DNA of 60,297 nt, counting the filler. It is 4 parts of 4 records of this genome, joined end to end, with 100 filler letters (N's around TTAATTAATTAA, not from the genome) between each part and the next. Parts side by side here need not be neighbours in the genome. Positions count along the whole stretch, not along the records: positions 9,963 to 24,019 come from SRR31156797_8913; positions 24,120 to 54,994 come from SRR31156797_8917; 2 more parts are not named here. One strand, 5' to 3'. The notes beneath the pieces are model-generated. The model ran no database searches. It was not told the origin of the DNA and saw only the letters and a list, made by a program, of their open reading frames with translations. The position numbers and the translations under genes were made by a program. Of this stretch, positions 17,979-26,689 are shown one piece after another. Every line of letters begins with the position of its first letter. The first letter of the stretch is position 1.

Positions 17979-19292
17979 TTACATTTCATCAAGTCCGGGC
18001 CTGATAAAATCACGGGCATCCGGAAAGGTTTCTTCGGCCATTTCTCTGATTTTTTCCAGCTGGTCGCGGAAAGCTCTAAGTGGGTCTCTGTATATTTTCA
18101 TGTGCCTGATCAGGGTTGAAGCAGCTTCAATGGAGCGGTCTAATCCAATTAATGCAACTTTGGCTGAGCCATTCATGTCGTAGTCTGCTTCATCAAAATC
18201 TTCCAGTTCGTAATAGCCCGACAGGGCACGTTTGATTTTCGCGAATATAAACATGTGGTACCACTGCATCACTTCTGTGGCGTCCATCACTTCATCTGCA
18301 TAGCCTTTGGCCAGATGTTCAGTAAAGTGTTTTTGTAATTCCTTATTGTATTTTTTAAACCATGCAAAAGAGGTCATCGAATAGCTGTAAGCCAACTCAG
18401 CCATTGGGTGACGGCCGGCTTTGTTTTCTGATGAAAAATAATCATCCCTCTCACTGCTCAACTCGTTGTTGTCATCCGGAAATTCGATTTCAAATTCCGG
18501 TTCATCATCGCTATCAATCATTTGATCCTTTTCGGTTGTATACCAATCAGAATGGTCCGTATGGCTCTCATTTTCAGCTTCGTTATCTTTATTGGTTTTA
18601 TTCAGCATCTCCATCATCTCCTCTTCCATGGCAAAAACACGGCATTTATCCGTAAAGTCGCATCGTTCACACCAGCGATCGCAATAATTGTGGATGCCCG
18701 GTATAAATCCCTCTTCATCAGTTATTTCACTGTCGGTATAATATTCACGCTCGATTTGAGTAAAATCTTCCCCGATGTTTTCTTCATCCCCCGGAAGATC
18801 TGATGCTTTTACGTTAAATTCGTTCTCAGGAATTTCTTCCGGGATGTTGTCTTCATTGCAAAACTGACAGAAACCCGGAAAAGGACAGTTTTCTTCATCA
18901 TAATCACAAAACTCAATATGATAGTGTCCGGAGGTTATTTTAACAAATTCTTCATCCCAAATATTATAAAATGCTTGATATAGCATTCCAAAAGGCACAT
19001 TTTCAGGGTAATCCGGAATAAAGTTGTAGGCATTAAGCAATTTTTCCAATTCAGGGATGAGTACCATTTTTTGGTTCTCTTCCAGTCTGTCAGGGGCAGG
19101 AAGCAGATGCTTTGAAAGCCCGACAATATCTGCGAGCCTTTCGAAAGGCCCGTTTATAATTCGTTCTGACTCCTCCAGTTCCATTTCAAGTGCTTCTTCA
19201 TCATCCATGTCCGAATTGTCGAATTCTTGTGGCGGAGCATGCTTCACAGCATTTTTAATGTCTTCAATCAACTGTTCGATGTATCGTTTCAT
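17979..19292 (-). CDS. Acidic hypothetical protein with two Cys clusters
   Basis: Long ORF with FCDYDEENCPFPGFCQFC and HNYCDRWCERCDFTDKC. Confidence 0.75.
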   Translation of the reverse strand: MKRYIEQLIEDIKNAVKHAPPQEFDNSDMDDEEALEMELEESERIINGPFERLADIVGLSKHLLPAPDRLEENQKMVLIPELEKLLNAYNFIPDYPENVPFGMLYQAFYNIWDEEFVKITSGHYHIEFCDYDEENCPFPGFCQFCNEDNIPEEIPENEFNVKASDLPGDEENIGEDFTQIEREYYTDSEITDEEGFIPGIHNYCDRWCERCDFTDKCRVFAMEEEMMEMLNKTNKDNEAENESHTDHSDWYTTEKDQMIDSDDEPEFEIEFPDDNNELSSERDDYFSSENKAGRHPMAELAYSYSMTSFAWFKKYNKELQKHFTEHLAKGYADEVMDATEVMQWYHMFIFAKIKRALSGYYELEDFDEADYDMNGSAKVALIGLDRSIEAASTLIRHMKIYRDPLRAFRDQLEKIREMAEETFPDARDFIRPGLDEM

Positions 19293-19549
19293 CAATAGTA
19301 ATTTCTATCTGGACTGATATTTCAATACCGGTTAAAAAAAACGAACTTACAATTTTTATTTGAAACACAATTTTATCAACGTTTTTCATCGGGAGCTCTA
19401 GGGTTAGCTTTTTTCTATCTTCTAATTTCCATAAAACAGACCAATACTTAAAAGATGATAAATGAATTCTTTTTGGATATTCCTGTGCACAAAATATTGC
19501 TATCTTGCATGGTTTTAAGTATGCAAATTTTTAAAAAACAGATCATATT

Positions 19550-21196
19550 ATGAAAATGGAATCGGTTTCACTATCCGGGCTTTATGCTGAATCAATAAAA
19601 AAGAACTGGTCTTTGCAGGCATTTACTGATTACGGTGGAAAATCGTACACCTACAGCCAGGTTGCTGAAAGAATTTTTCAGATGCACCATTTTCTCCGAG
19701 AGGCCAAAATCTCAAAAGGCGATCACGTTGCTTTGCTGGGGAATAACTCTTCGGATTGGGGTATTTCGTTTATCGGGATTCTGACTTATGGCGCTGTGGT
19801 GGTGCCTATACTTCCTGATTTTACCACCGAAAATATTCATCACATTGTAAATCATTCTGATGCAAAACTGCTGATCATTTCACAGGCTATTTTTGATCGT
19901 GTGGATCCGGATCATATGAAAAAGCTTTTGGGCATCATTGACGTGAACGATTATTCGGTTTTTCACGACAGGCATCAAAAAATTGAGAAGGCTTATTCAA
20001 AAGCATCATCAGCCTCACAGGGCCGGGAAATCAAACCCGGAGACATTAATTTTGAAGATGGCAAACCCGGGGATCTTTGTGTGATCTCATACACGAGTGG
20101 AACGTCCGGTTTTACAAAAGGTGTGATGCTGCCACAGCGGAGCATCTTATCGAATATCCTTTTTGCCCAGGAAAATATGCCACTCAATGCCGGCGACCAC
20201 ATCGTTTCATTCCTGCCACTTGCCCATGTGTTTGGATTACTCTTCGAATTTTTATTCCCCTTCACGATGGGAACCCATACCACATTCCTCACTAAAATCC
20301 CTTCACCGGCCATCGTTACCAAAGCTTTTGGGGAGATGCGGCCACAGTTGATTTTGTCAGTGCCACTGGTTATCGAGAAAATTTATAAGAAAAGGATCAT
20401 TCCAAAAATTGATAAACCGGTAATGAAGGTTTTGTTGAAAACACCAATCATCTCCGGTGTAATTGAAGGGAAGGTAAATAAAGCACTCACGGAAACTTTT
20501 GGGGAACGTTTCCATGAAATTGTGATTGGTGGTGCGCCGTTGAGTGAAGAAGTAGAAGCCTTTTTCAGGAAAATAGGTTTCAGGTATACTGTTGGATATG
20601 GCATGACCGAATGCGGACCTTTAATCAGTTACATAGGCTGGGATAAGGCGAAGTTCAGGTCGGCCGGCAAGGTGGTTGACCGGATGGAAATTAAAATTGA
20701 ACCTGAAAAGCCAGGTAGCGAGATCGGAGAAATTATGGTAAAAGGTGATAACCTGATGTCGGGGTATTACAAAAATGACGAGGCCACCAAAGAGTCCATC
20801 ACCAAAGATGGCTGGTTGCGAACCGGTGACCTGGGGTTCTTGGATGCAGATGGATATCTCTTCATAAAAGGCCGCAGTAAAAACATGATCCTGGGCCCAT
20901 CCGGACAAAATATTTATCCCGAAGAACTGGAGGCGAAAGTTACCAACCTGCCTTGTGTGCAGGAATGCGTGGTGAAAATGACGAATAACCAACTGGTGGC
21001 CATGATCTATCCCGATCGTGAGAACATGGAATGCAACCGCCAGGATTTCCAAGATATCGAGAAGAAGATGAACGAAATGATCAAGGAATTAAACCGTGGC
21101 CTGCCCCGTTATGAGCAAATTGCCGATATTGAGATCGTGGACGAAGAATTCGTGAAAACCCCGAAGAAGAATATTAAGCGGTATTTGTATACGTAA
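19550..21196 (+). CDS. Long-chain fatty-acid--CoA ligase (AMP-binding)
   Basis: YTSGTSGFTKG, GYGMTE, GWLRTGDLG and GRSKNMI motifs. Confidence 0.92.
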   Translation: MKMESVSLSGLYAESIKKNWSLQAFTDYGGKSYTYSQVAERIFQMHHFLREAKISKGDHVALLGNNSSDWGISFIGILTYGAVVVPILPDFTTENIHHIVNHSDAKLLIISQAIFDRVDPDHMKKLLGIIDVNDYSVFHDRHQKIEKAYSKASSASQGREIKPGDINFEDGKPGDLCVISYTSGTSGFTKGVMLPQRSILSNILFAQENMPLNAGDHIVSFLPLAHVFGLLFEFLFPFTMGTHTTFLTKIPSPAIVTKAFGEMRPQLILSVPLVIEKIYKKRIIPKIDKPVMKVLLKTPIISGVIEGKVNKALTETFGERFHEIVIGGAPLSEEVEAFFRKIGFRYTVGYGMTECGPLISYIGWDKAKFRSAGKVVDRMEIKIEPEKPGSEIGEIMVKGDNLMSGYYKNDEATKESITKDGWLRTGDLGFLDADGYLFIKGRSKNMILGPSGQNIYPEELEAKVTNLPCVQECVVKMTNNQLVAMIYPDRENMECNRQDFQDIEKKMNEMIKELNRGLPRYEQIADIEIVDEEFVKTPKKNIKRYLYT

Positions 21197-21198
21197 TT

Positions 21199-21223
21199 GT
21201 AGATACGCACGGCCGTGCGTATC
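21199..21223 (+). repeat. GTAG-type REP palindrome, copy 1
   Basis: GTAGATACGCACGGCCGTGCGTATC, containing a perfect 22-bp palindrome. Identical copy at 21636-21660 and a one-mismatch copy at 21977-22001. Confidence 0.85.
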
Positions 21224-21276
21224 ATATCAAGCCCCCAACGCACAAATCACCCTGCGTATCAATAAAAATAAATTCT

Positions 21277-21971
21277 GTGGATAAATTTGGAGGAAAATAC
21301 CGGAGTGAATCCCACCGGATGCCGATTTGGAATTATGGAGGCAACGGTATGTATTTCATCACAATGGTGACGGAAAACCGAAATTGTTATTTAGGAAGGG
21401 TAGAAAAAAGGCAGATGATGTTATCCGAATTCGGGAAAATTGTTGAACAACAATGGTATAAATCATTTGAATTGCGAGAGGAATTATTTTTGCACGAATT
21501 CGTAATCATGCCCAATCATTTACACGCATTAATTGGATTAAAACATCCCATTGATCGTGAAATAAACGAAATCCAAACGGCGGCGTGCATGATATGGACC
21601 GTGCGCGTGATATGGACCGTGCGAAGGACAATCATGTAGATACGCACGGCCGTGCGTATCGGCATGCCCCCGACCCACAGGCCACCACCAACCCACGGGC
21701 CGGAGGTCAATCCAACGAAAGAAAATTTTACCGCAAACCCAAATCCATTTCATCATTCATCGCGGGGTTTAAATCAGCAGTTACAATCAGCATTGATGAT
21801 TACATTGATGACCACCATTTGGATATACCAAAATTCAATAAAAGGAATAAATTCTGGCAGGCGAATTATCACGATCGAATCATTAAAACAGATGCCGAGT
21901 ATTGGAACGTAAAACGATATATCGTGAGGAACCCGGAAGATTGGAATGAAGATGATTATTTTAAATCATGA
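21277..21971 (+). mobile_element. REP-associated tyrosine transposase (RAYT/TnpA-REP, Y1 HUH), split by a -1 frameshift
   Basis: ORF1: YFITMVT and VIMPNHLH (HUH). ORF2: SISSFIAGFKS, FWQANYHDRII and YIVRNP (catalytic Tyr). The frames overlap at 21561-21639. Confidence 0.88.
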
Positions 21972-21976
21972 TTCTC

Positions 21977-22260
21977 GTAGATACGCTCGGCCGTGCGTAT
22001 CAAAACGAGCCCCCACCGCACAGGCAAACGTACATCCGTGCGTAACAAAACGAGCCCCCACCGCAAAGGCAAACGCACGGCCGTGCGTATCAAAACGAGC
22101 CCCCAGCCGCGCAGGCAAGCGCACGACCGTGCGTATCAAAACGAGCCCCCCGCCGCGCAGGCAAACGTACATCCATGCGTGTCAAAACGAGCCCCCGCCG
22201 CGCAGGCAAGCGCACATCCATGCGTATCAAAACGAACCCCCACCGCGCAGGTAAACGAAC
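21977..22260 (+). repeat. Tandem array of six 45-46-bp REP-containing units
   Basis: CAAAACGA(G/A)CCCC recurs at 22001, 22046, 22091, 22137, 22183 and 22228, each preceded by a variant of ACGCACGGCCGTGCGTATC. Confidence 0.9.
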
Positions 22261-22567
22261 GAATCTCAATGTTTCGGTGGATATCAAACCGGGCCGGATC
22301 CCAATACGTCAAATATTATAAATCACACAATTGATATGGATTATGTGTAAAAAATCACATAATCGGTCTTAATTATTGGCAATATGTATGTTTTTTTCAG
22401 TGGTTACTTTTTTCAATTATGGGTTCTTAATTACAGAATCGATTAGCAGATTAATTTTTTGATGAAAGTTTTTTTTAGAAGTGTCCTACAATGAAATAAA
22501 AGTTTCTCCCTTTTCTTTTTCCTCATAAATAATTATGTTTCCGAGAAAGTGCTAATTTTGTGTAATA

Positions 22568-22867
22568 ATGAAGAACTCAAGGGAATATATTATATCAACG
22601 CTCAAAGGACAAAAACCTGAGCTTTTAAAATTCGGTGTTAGGAATATTGGGTTGTTCGGTTCTTATTCCCGCCAGGAGCAATCGGAATTGAGTGATGTTG
22701 ATATTTTGGTCGATTTTGCTCCAGAGCAGGAAACCTTTGACAACCTCATGGCAATTTACGATTTGCTTGAAAAATCATTCAACAATGTAAAAATAGATGT
22801 GGTTACAAAAAATGGATTGAGTCCCCACATTGGTCCAAAGATTTTAAGCGAAGTTGTGTATGCCTGA
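22568..22867 (+). CDS. Minimal nucleotidyltransferase (MntA-type antitoxin)
   Basis: GLFGSYSR...SDVDILVDF (GS-x10-DxD); overlaps the HepT gene. Confidence 0.9.
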   Translation: MKNSREYIISTLKGQKPELLKFGVRNIGLFGSYSRQEQSELSDVDILVDFAPEQETFDNLMAIYDLLEKSFNNVKIDVVTKNGLSPHIGPKILSEVVYA

Positions 22868-23204
22868 CAAAGATTATTTCGAATATTTGAAGCATATTCT
22901 GGACGAAATAAATTTCATTATCTCTGCAATACCTGAAGGCACTTCGAAGGATTATTTTTTATCTGATGAAATCCTAAAGCGGGCTGTTGTCAGAAGCCTC
23001 GAAATTTTTGGAGAAGCCACAAAGAAAATCCCTGCTGATTTAAAATCTACGATGCCCACAGTCCAATGGAAAAATATGGCAGGGATGCGCGACAGATTAA
23101 TTCACGACTATATGGGTGTCAACTATTTGATAGTTTGGGATGTCGTAAAAAACAAAATCCCTGAATTGCATCAACAAATCACAAAGGTGCTGGAAGATCA
23201 TTAA
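22860..23204 (+). CDS. HepT/DUF86 HEPN ribonuclease toxin
   Basis: AVVRSLEIFGEA and GMRDRLIHDY (Rx4HxY). Confidence 0.9.
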   Translation: MPDKDYFEYLKHILDEINFIISAIPEGTSKDYFLSDEILKRAVVRSLEIFGEATKKIPADLKSTMPTVQWKNMAGMRDRLIHDYMGVNYLIVWDVVKNKIPELHQQITKVLEDH

Positions 23205-23236
23205 CCCACTCCACCACCACCTCATCCACAACCAGC
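23203..23236. repeat. 34-bp direct repeat (copy of 23986-24019)
   Basis: AACCCACTCCACCACCACCTCATCCACAACCAGC versus AACCTACTCCACCACCACCTCATCCACAAACAGC, two mismatches. Confidence 0.9.
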
Positions 23237-23322
23237 CAATCATAAACACAATTATTTTTGGCAATGAAATTTATATCACAACAGTTGAAACAAAATCATG
23301 GATGTAAAGATAGCAGGGAATT

Positions 23323-23655
23323 TTACTTAAGTTTGCTTTTTGCTTCCCGGTATAGCGGTTCCAGATATTTCTGAATGATAACCCAGACTATTGAATTATC
23401 AATAGAATCGTATGCATGGACTATACGGTTTCGAAAACCAATAATCTTCCTGGAGTTTTCAAGAGGTTGGTCCTGTATTTCAACATTGTACTTATTCACA
23501 GCTTCACCAATAATTCCCAACTGTCTTTCCACAGCACTTTGTGTTTTCAGATCATTTGAATAATCATGAAAACTGCCGGTAGTTTCAGTAAACTGTCGGA
23601 TTAAATCTATCGCCCTGATTATATCAGACAGGTATTTTTGTCCCTTCTCTGTCAT
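23323..23655 (-). CDS. HepT/DUF86 HEPN ribonuclease toxin
   Basis: AVERQLGIIGEA and GFRNRIVHAYD. Confidence 0.9.
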   Translation of the reverse strand: MTEKGQKYLSDIIRAIDLIRQFTETTGSFHDYSNDLKTQSAVERQLGIIGEAVNKYNVEIQDQPLENSRKIIGFRNRIVHAYDSIDNSIVWVIIQKYLEPLYREAKSKLK

Positions 23656-23959
23656 AAATTAAGACTTTTGTTGAGTCGATACTTTTTTTCAGGTAGGGAT
23701 TTTTAACTGAAGATTCCGTTAACAAATCTATTTTCCGGTTAAAGATTTTTTCAAAAGTGTCCCACAACGAAATTAAGGTTTCCCCCTTTTCTATAGGATC
23801 AGAAACATCAACTTCAACCAGGAAATCCAGATCACTGATTTGAAAATCAAAATTAGTGTTTGTTGAAGAACCAAAAGCATACAAATACTTTACGTGATGA
23901 TTCTTACATATTTCCTCAAAGCGGCTTTTATATTTTGCAATTTCCTCGTGGATTATCAT
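23624..23959 (-). CDS. Minimal nucleotidyltransferase (MntA-type antitoxin)
   Basis: LYAFGS...SDLDFLV and RKIDLLT...NPYL; overlaps the HepT gene. Confidence 0.9.
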   Translation of the reverse strand: MIIHEEIAKYKSRFEEICKNHHVKYLYAFGSSTNTNFDFQISDLDFLVEVDVSDPIEKGETLISLWDTFEKIFNRKIDLLTESSVKNPYLKKSIDSTKVLIYDREGTKIPV

Positions 23960-23988
23960 GATTCAAAGATATTGTTTTTTTGAAAAAC

Positions 23989-24019
23989 CTACTCCACCAC
24001 CACCTCATCCACAAACAGC
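23989..24019 (-). CDS. 3' end of a gene truncated by the contig edge (...LFVDEVVVE*)
   Basis: Reads CTG TTT GTG GAT GAG GTG GTG GTG GAG TAG, resembling the WLFxDEIxVx terminus of Bacteroidota glycoside hydrolases. Confidence 0.55.
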
Positions 24020-24119
24020 NNNNNNNNNNNNNNNNNNNNNNNNNNNNNNNNNNNNNNNNNNNNTTAATTAATTAANNNNNNNNNNNNNNNNNNNNNNNNN
24101 NNNNNNNNNNNNNNNNNNN
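24020..24119. other. Artificial contig-joining spacer
   Basis: 44 N + TTAATTAATTAA + 44 N. Confidence 0.97.
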
Positions 24120-24159
24120 TCACCGCCCATTAATTTTAACTTTTGTTGGCAACTGTAAC
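24120..24159 (-). mobile_element. Left part of an attC-like recombination site, truncated by the contig end
   Basis: On the minus strand just after the stop: GTTACAGTTGCCAAC-AAAA-GTTAAAAT (R''-like ...CCAAC, then an L''-like GTT box). Confidence 0.5.
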
Positions 24160-24161
24160 TT

Positions 24162-24773
24162 TCAGTTTTCCTCTTCCAAAACTTTCAAAATTTCTTTAAT
24201 TGAACTCTCAGGAAGTGGAAGATGTTCAGATTTTCTAGGATAAAACCCTGTTGTGTCCTTTAATAATTTTTCATTTAATTTTTTAGAATAAAATCCTGTT
24301 TCAAAAGCTCCAACAATAGACAGCCATCCATTATTGTAAAGATTTACTATACCTATTGAGTCATTGAAATAAATGGTTGTTTCCTCGTCATATGACAACT
24401 CATCATCATAGTAGTACTTTTTCAATTTGATTTTTTTCTCTCTTATAATAAATTCTTTTGTGTCAATTAATGGACAAAATTTACCTTGGAAATATAGAAT
24501 AGTATCTCTTTTATAGTAATATTTGCAGAATTCAAAAATGGTACTATCCATAGAGTTTTCCTTTACCTTATAAGTAAACTGAATACTATCTTTATTACTC
24601 TGTATTTCTAGGAATGAAGTGTCTGTTTTTGTTGGGTTATAGTCAAAATCATATCTCACAATATTTGCAATTCGATTTTCTTCAAGAGTAAAAGTTCTCT
24701 TGTTTTGGAAAAATTCACACCCAATTAACAAGATGCTAAATACGATTATATATATGAACTTCAATTTTGTCAT
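24162..24773 (-). CDS. Hypothetical lipoprotein, candidate gene cassette
   Basis: Signal peptide with LIGC lipobox; AT-rich; bracketed by inverted GTTGGCAAC/GTTGCCAAC sites. Confidence 0.75.
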   Translation of the reverse strand: MTKLKFIYIIVFSILLIGCEFFQNKRTFTLEENRIANIVRYDFDYNPTKTDTSFLEIQSNKDSIQFTYKVKENSMDSTIFEFCKYYYKRDTILYFQGKFCPLIDTKEFIIREKKIKLKKYYYDDELSYDEETTIYFNDSIGIVNLYNNGWLSIVGAFETGFYSKKLNEKLLKDTTGFYPRKSEHLPLPESSIKEILKVLEEEN

Positions 24774-24775
24774 TT

Positions 24776-24823
24776 GTTATTGTTGCCAACGTATGTGTAT
24801 AGTGCCATGCACTTTATATTACC
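24776..24823 (-). mobile_element. attC/attI-like core site upstream of the cassette gene
   Basis: On the minus strand: ...GTGCATGGCACTATACACATAC-GTTGGCAAC-AATAACAA-ATG. Confidence 0.45.
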
Positions 24824-25324
24824 TATCTGTTTGTGATTGTAAGTACTTATTAATCTTTTGTTTGTCCTGCGAAAAAGCTTTAGGTATACTTCGTGTTTTT
24901 GCAAGGAAATTTTTACTCATCCACATCTAAATTTCAGATTCCTTACGCTTTTTATCTATGCAAAGTTCAAATTTCCTGATGAAGATAATTAAATGAGGAT
25001 AATTAAACAAAGCATTTAATAAGTAGAAATGGAACAGGATGCTTTATGTAATCAATATAAATAACATTCTTTCCGCCTTAGTATCTGATAAGTCATTGCG
25101 AATTATTTTGTATTGTTAAAACTTAAAATGTAAGTTTACATGTATTTAAAGACTTTATAGCATATTTATTTGTAATGAATAATTAATATGAAATGATAGT
25201 TGTTAATAGATAACAATAAATGTATTTGTGTCTATTTGTTGAGAGAAATAATTTAAACATAAACAGTAATACAATAATAGAGTAAATGAATTCTTAGTGA
25301 AACTCTACAATAAGATTTACCAGC

Positions 25325-25513
25325 TGTAGTAAAAAGAGGAATCCTTTTAGAGATGGAGGTAATACTTGTAGCACAGTAAGAATCGCCTGTAGCAGAAAAG
25401 ATAATGATTGTAGTAAAGCAGGGAATACTTGTAGCAAGAGTAGTATAGCGTGTAGTAAACATGGCAATGCAAGTAGTAAAAGATCTAATGCTTGTGGCGG
25501 AGCCGATATTATC
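25325..25513. repeat. Degenerate 21-bp-period tandem repeat (9 units)
   Basis: TGTAG-like words at 25325, 25346, 25367, 25388, 25409, 25430, 25451, 25472 and 25493, exactly 21 nt apart. Confidence 0.8.
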
Positions 25514-25569
25514 ATTTTATAGACATTGACAGCTCAATTATACAAATCATTACATTTAATACTAATGAG

Positions 25570-26490
25570 ATGAAACAAAGGGAAGCCATTAAACTGCAAT
25601 CTTATCAACGAACCATTCTTGTTCTTCTAGAAAATGAGTCTTTGTTCGATTCGGATGAAGCAGGCAAATCGCAAATTAAATTGTTTATAGTCTACAACAA
25701 CTCACTTCAGGAATTGGTAAATAAGCTCAACAAGTCTTGCAAGTGGCTCACAAAAGAGAAAAATGAGTTGGTCATTCAGCTAACACAAAGTTCTGATAAG
25801 TTAATGGTGGCTTGTATTCGGTTGGCAAATTATACTGGTAATTCTTTACTTTTAAATCAGATCGGGAACATAAAACAAGAACTTCGCAAAAATTCTAATG
25901 TTTCACTTTTATCAGTATCCGAACAATTATACAATTTAGCGCTAAGCTATCAAGATGAGCTTGTTGCCTATTCCATATCACCAGACTTGATTAAGGAACA
26001 CAAGCAGCTTATTGATGACATTCAGGTTAAACTGGCAAAAAGAAGTCAAATTCTGGATCAAAACAAGCAATACAAACTTGAGTTTGATGAGGCATTAAGA
26101 AGTATCGACAAATTGTTGAAAGATCAGTTGGACTGGACTCTTAAAGGCTATATAGAAAAGTATCCGGAACTCGTATCGGAATACTTTGCAACACGCAGAT
26201 TAACTAAAATTATCAAGCAACACATCAATCTTCGTGGATTCATTTACGATAAGGAAACAGGAGAGAGGATATCCTACGGAACAGTAAGCATTCTTGAGAC
26301 TGATATGAAAACAAAAATTACAGAGAAAGGTAATTTTGTCTTCAAAAATTTACCTCAGGGCGAATATACACTAAGAGTAGAGAATCTTAATTACGAAACG
26401 CTTTTGCTAACTGTACGTCGATATAGCCATGAAAATATCAAGCTTAGTATAGAAATGCAAAGCAAAGCTGTTATACACCCAGCAAAATGA
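25570..26490 (+). CDS. Hypothetical protein: helical N-terminus plus C-terminal carboxypeptidase-regulatory-like domain
   Basis: LRGFIYDKETGERISYGTVSI...TEKGNFVFKNLPQGEYTLRV. Confidence 0.75.
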   Translation: MKQREAIKLQSYQRTILVLLENESLFDSDEAGKSQIKLFIVYNNSLQELVNKLNKSCKWLTKEKNELVIQLTQSSDKLMVACIRLANYTGNSLLLNQIGNIKQELRKNSNVSLLSVSEQLYNLALSYQDELVAYSISPDLIKEHKQLIDDIQVKLAKRSQILDQNKQYKLEFDEALRSIDKLLKDQLDWTLKGYIEKYPELVSEYFATRRLTKIIKQHINLRGFIYDKETGERISYGTVSILETDMKTKITEKGNFVFKNLPQGEYTLRVENLNYETLLLTVRRYSHENIKLSIEMQSKAVIHPAK

Positions 26491-26689
26491 ACCAGTTAAC
26501 TTATGGATGTTCTATTCTAATTTGCTCCTTAAAAATAGATTGCTGTTCTGTTTCGCATTATAGATTATTGTTCCGATAGGTGCAATCTAAGTTGAAACAA
26601 TGTGTTCTTCTTCTATGTCCGAAATTATTCTGAATAGTAGAAAGGAAACTATAGAAATTGAATTACTCTAATTAAAATAGACGACAAAT

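Noticed and set aside
21977..22260. CRISPR array
   Set aside because: The units are similar along their whole length with no unique spacers, no cas genes are present, and the unit contains the RAYT-associated REP.
21946..22334. ORFs over the REP array (102, 113, 68 and 65 aa)
   Set aside because: They are translations of the tandem repeat in several frames, with no protein-like features.
25325..25513. CRISPR-like mini-array
   Set aside because: The conserved part is only about 7 nt and the period is 21 nt, far below CRISPR dimensions. Kept as a periodic tract instead.
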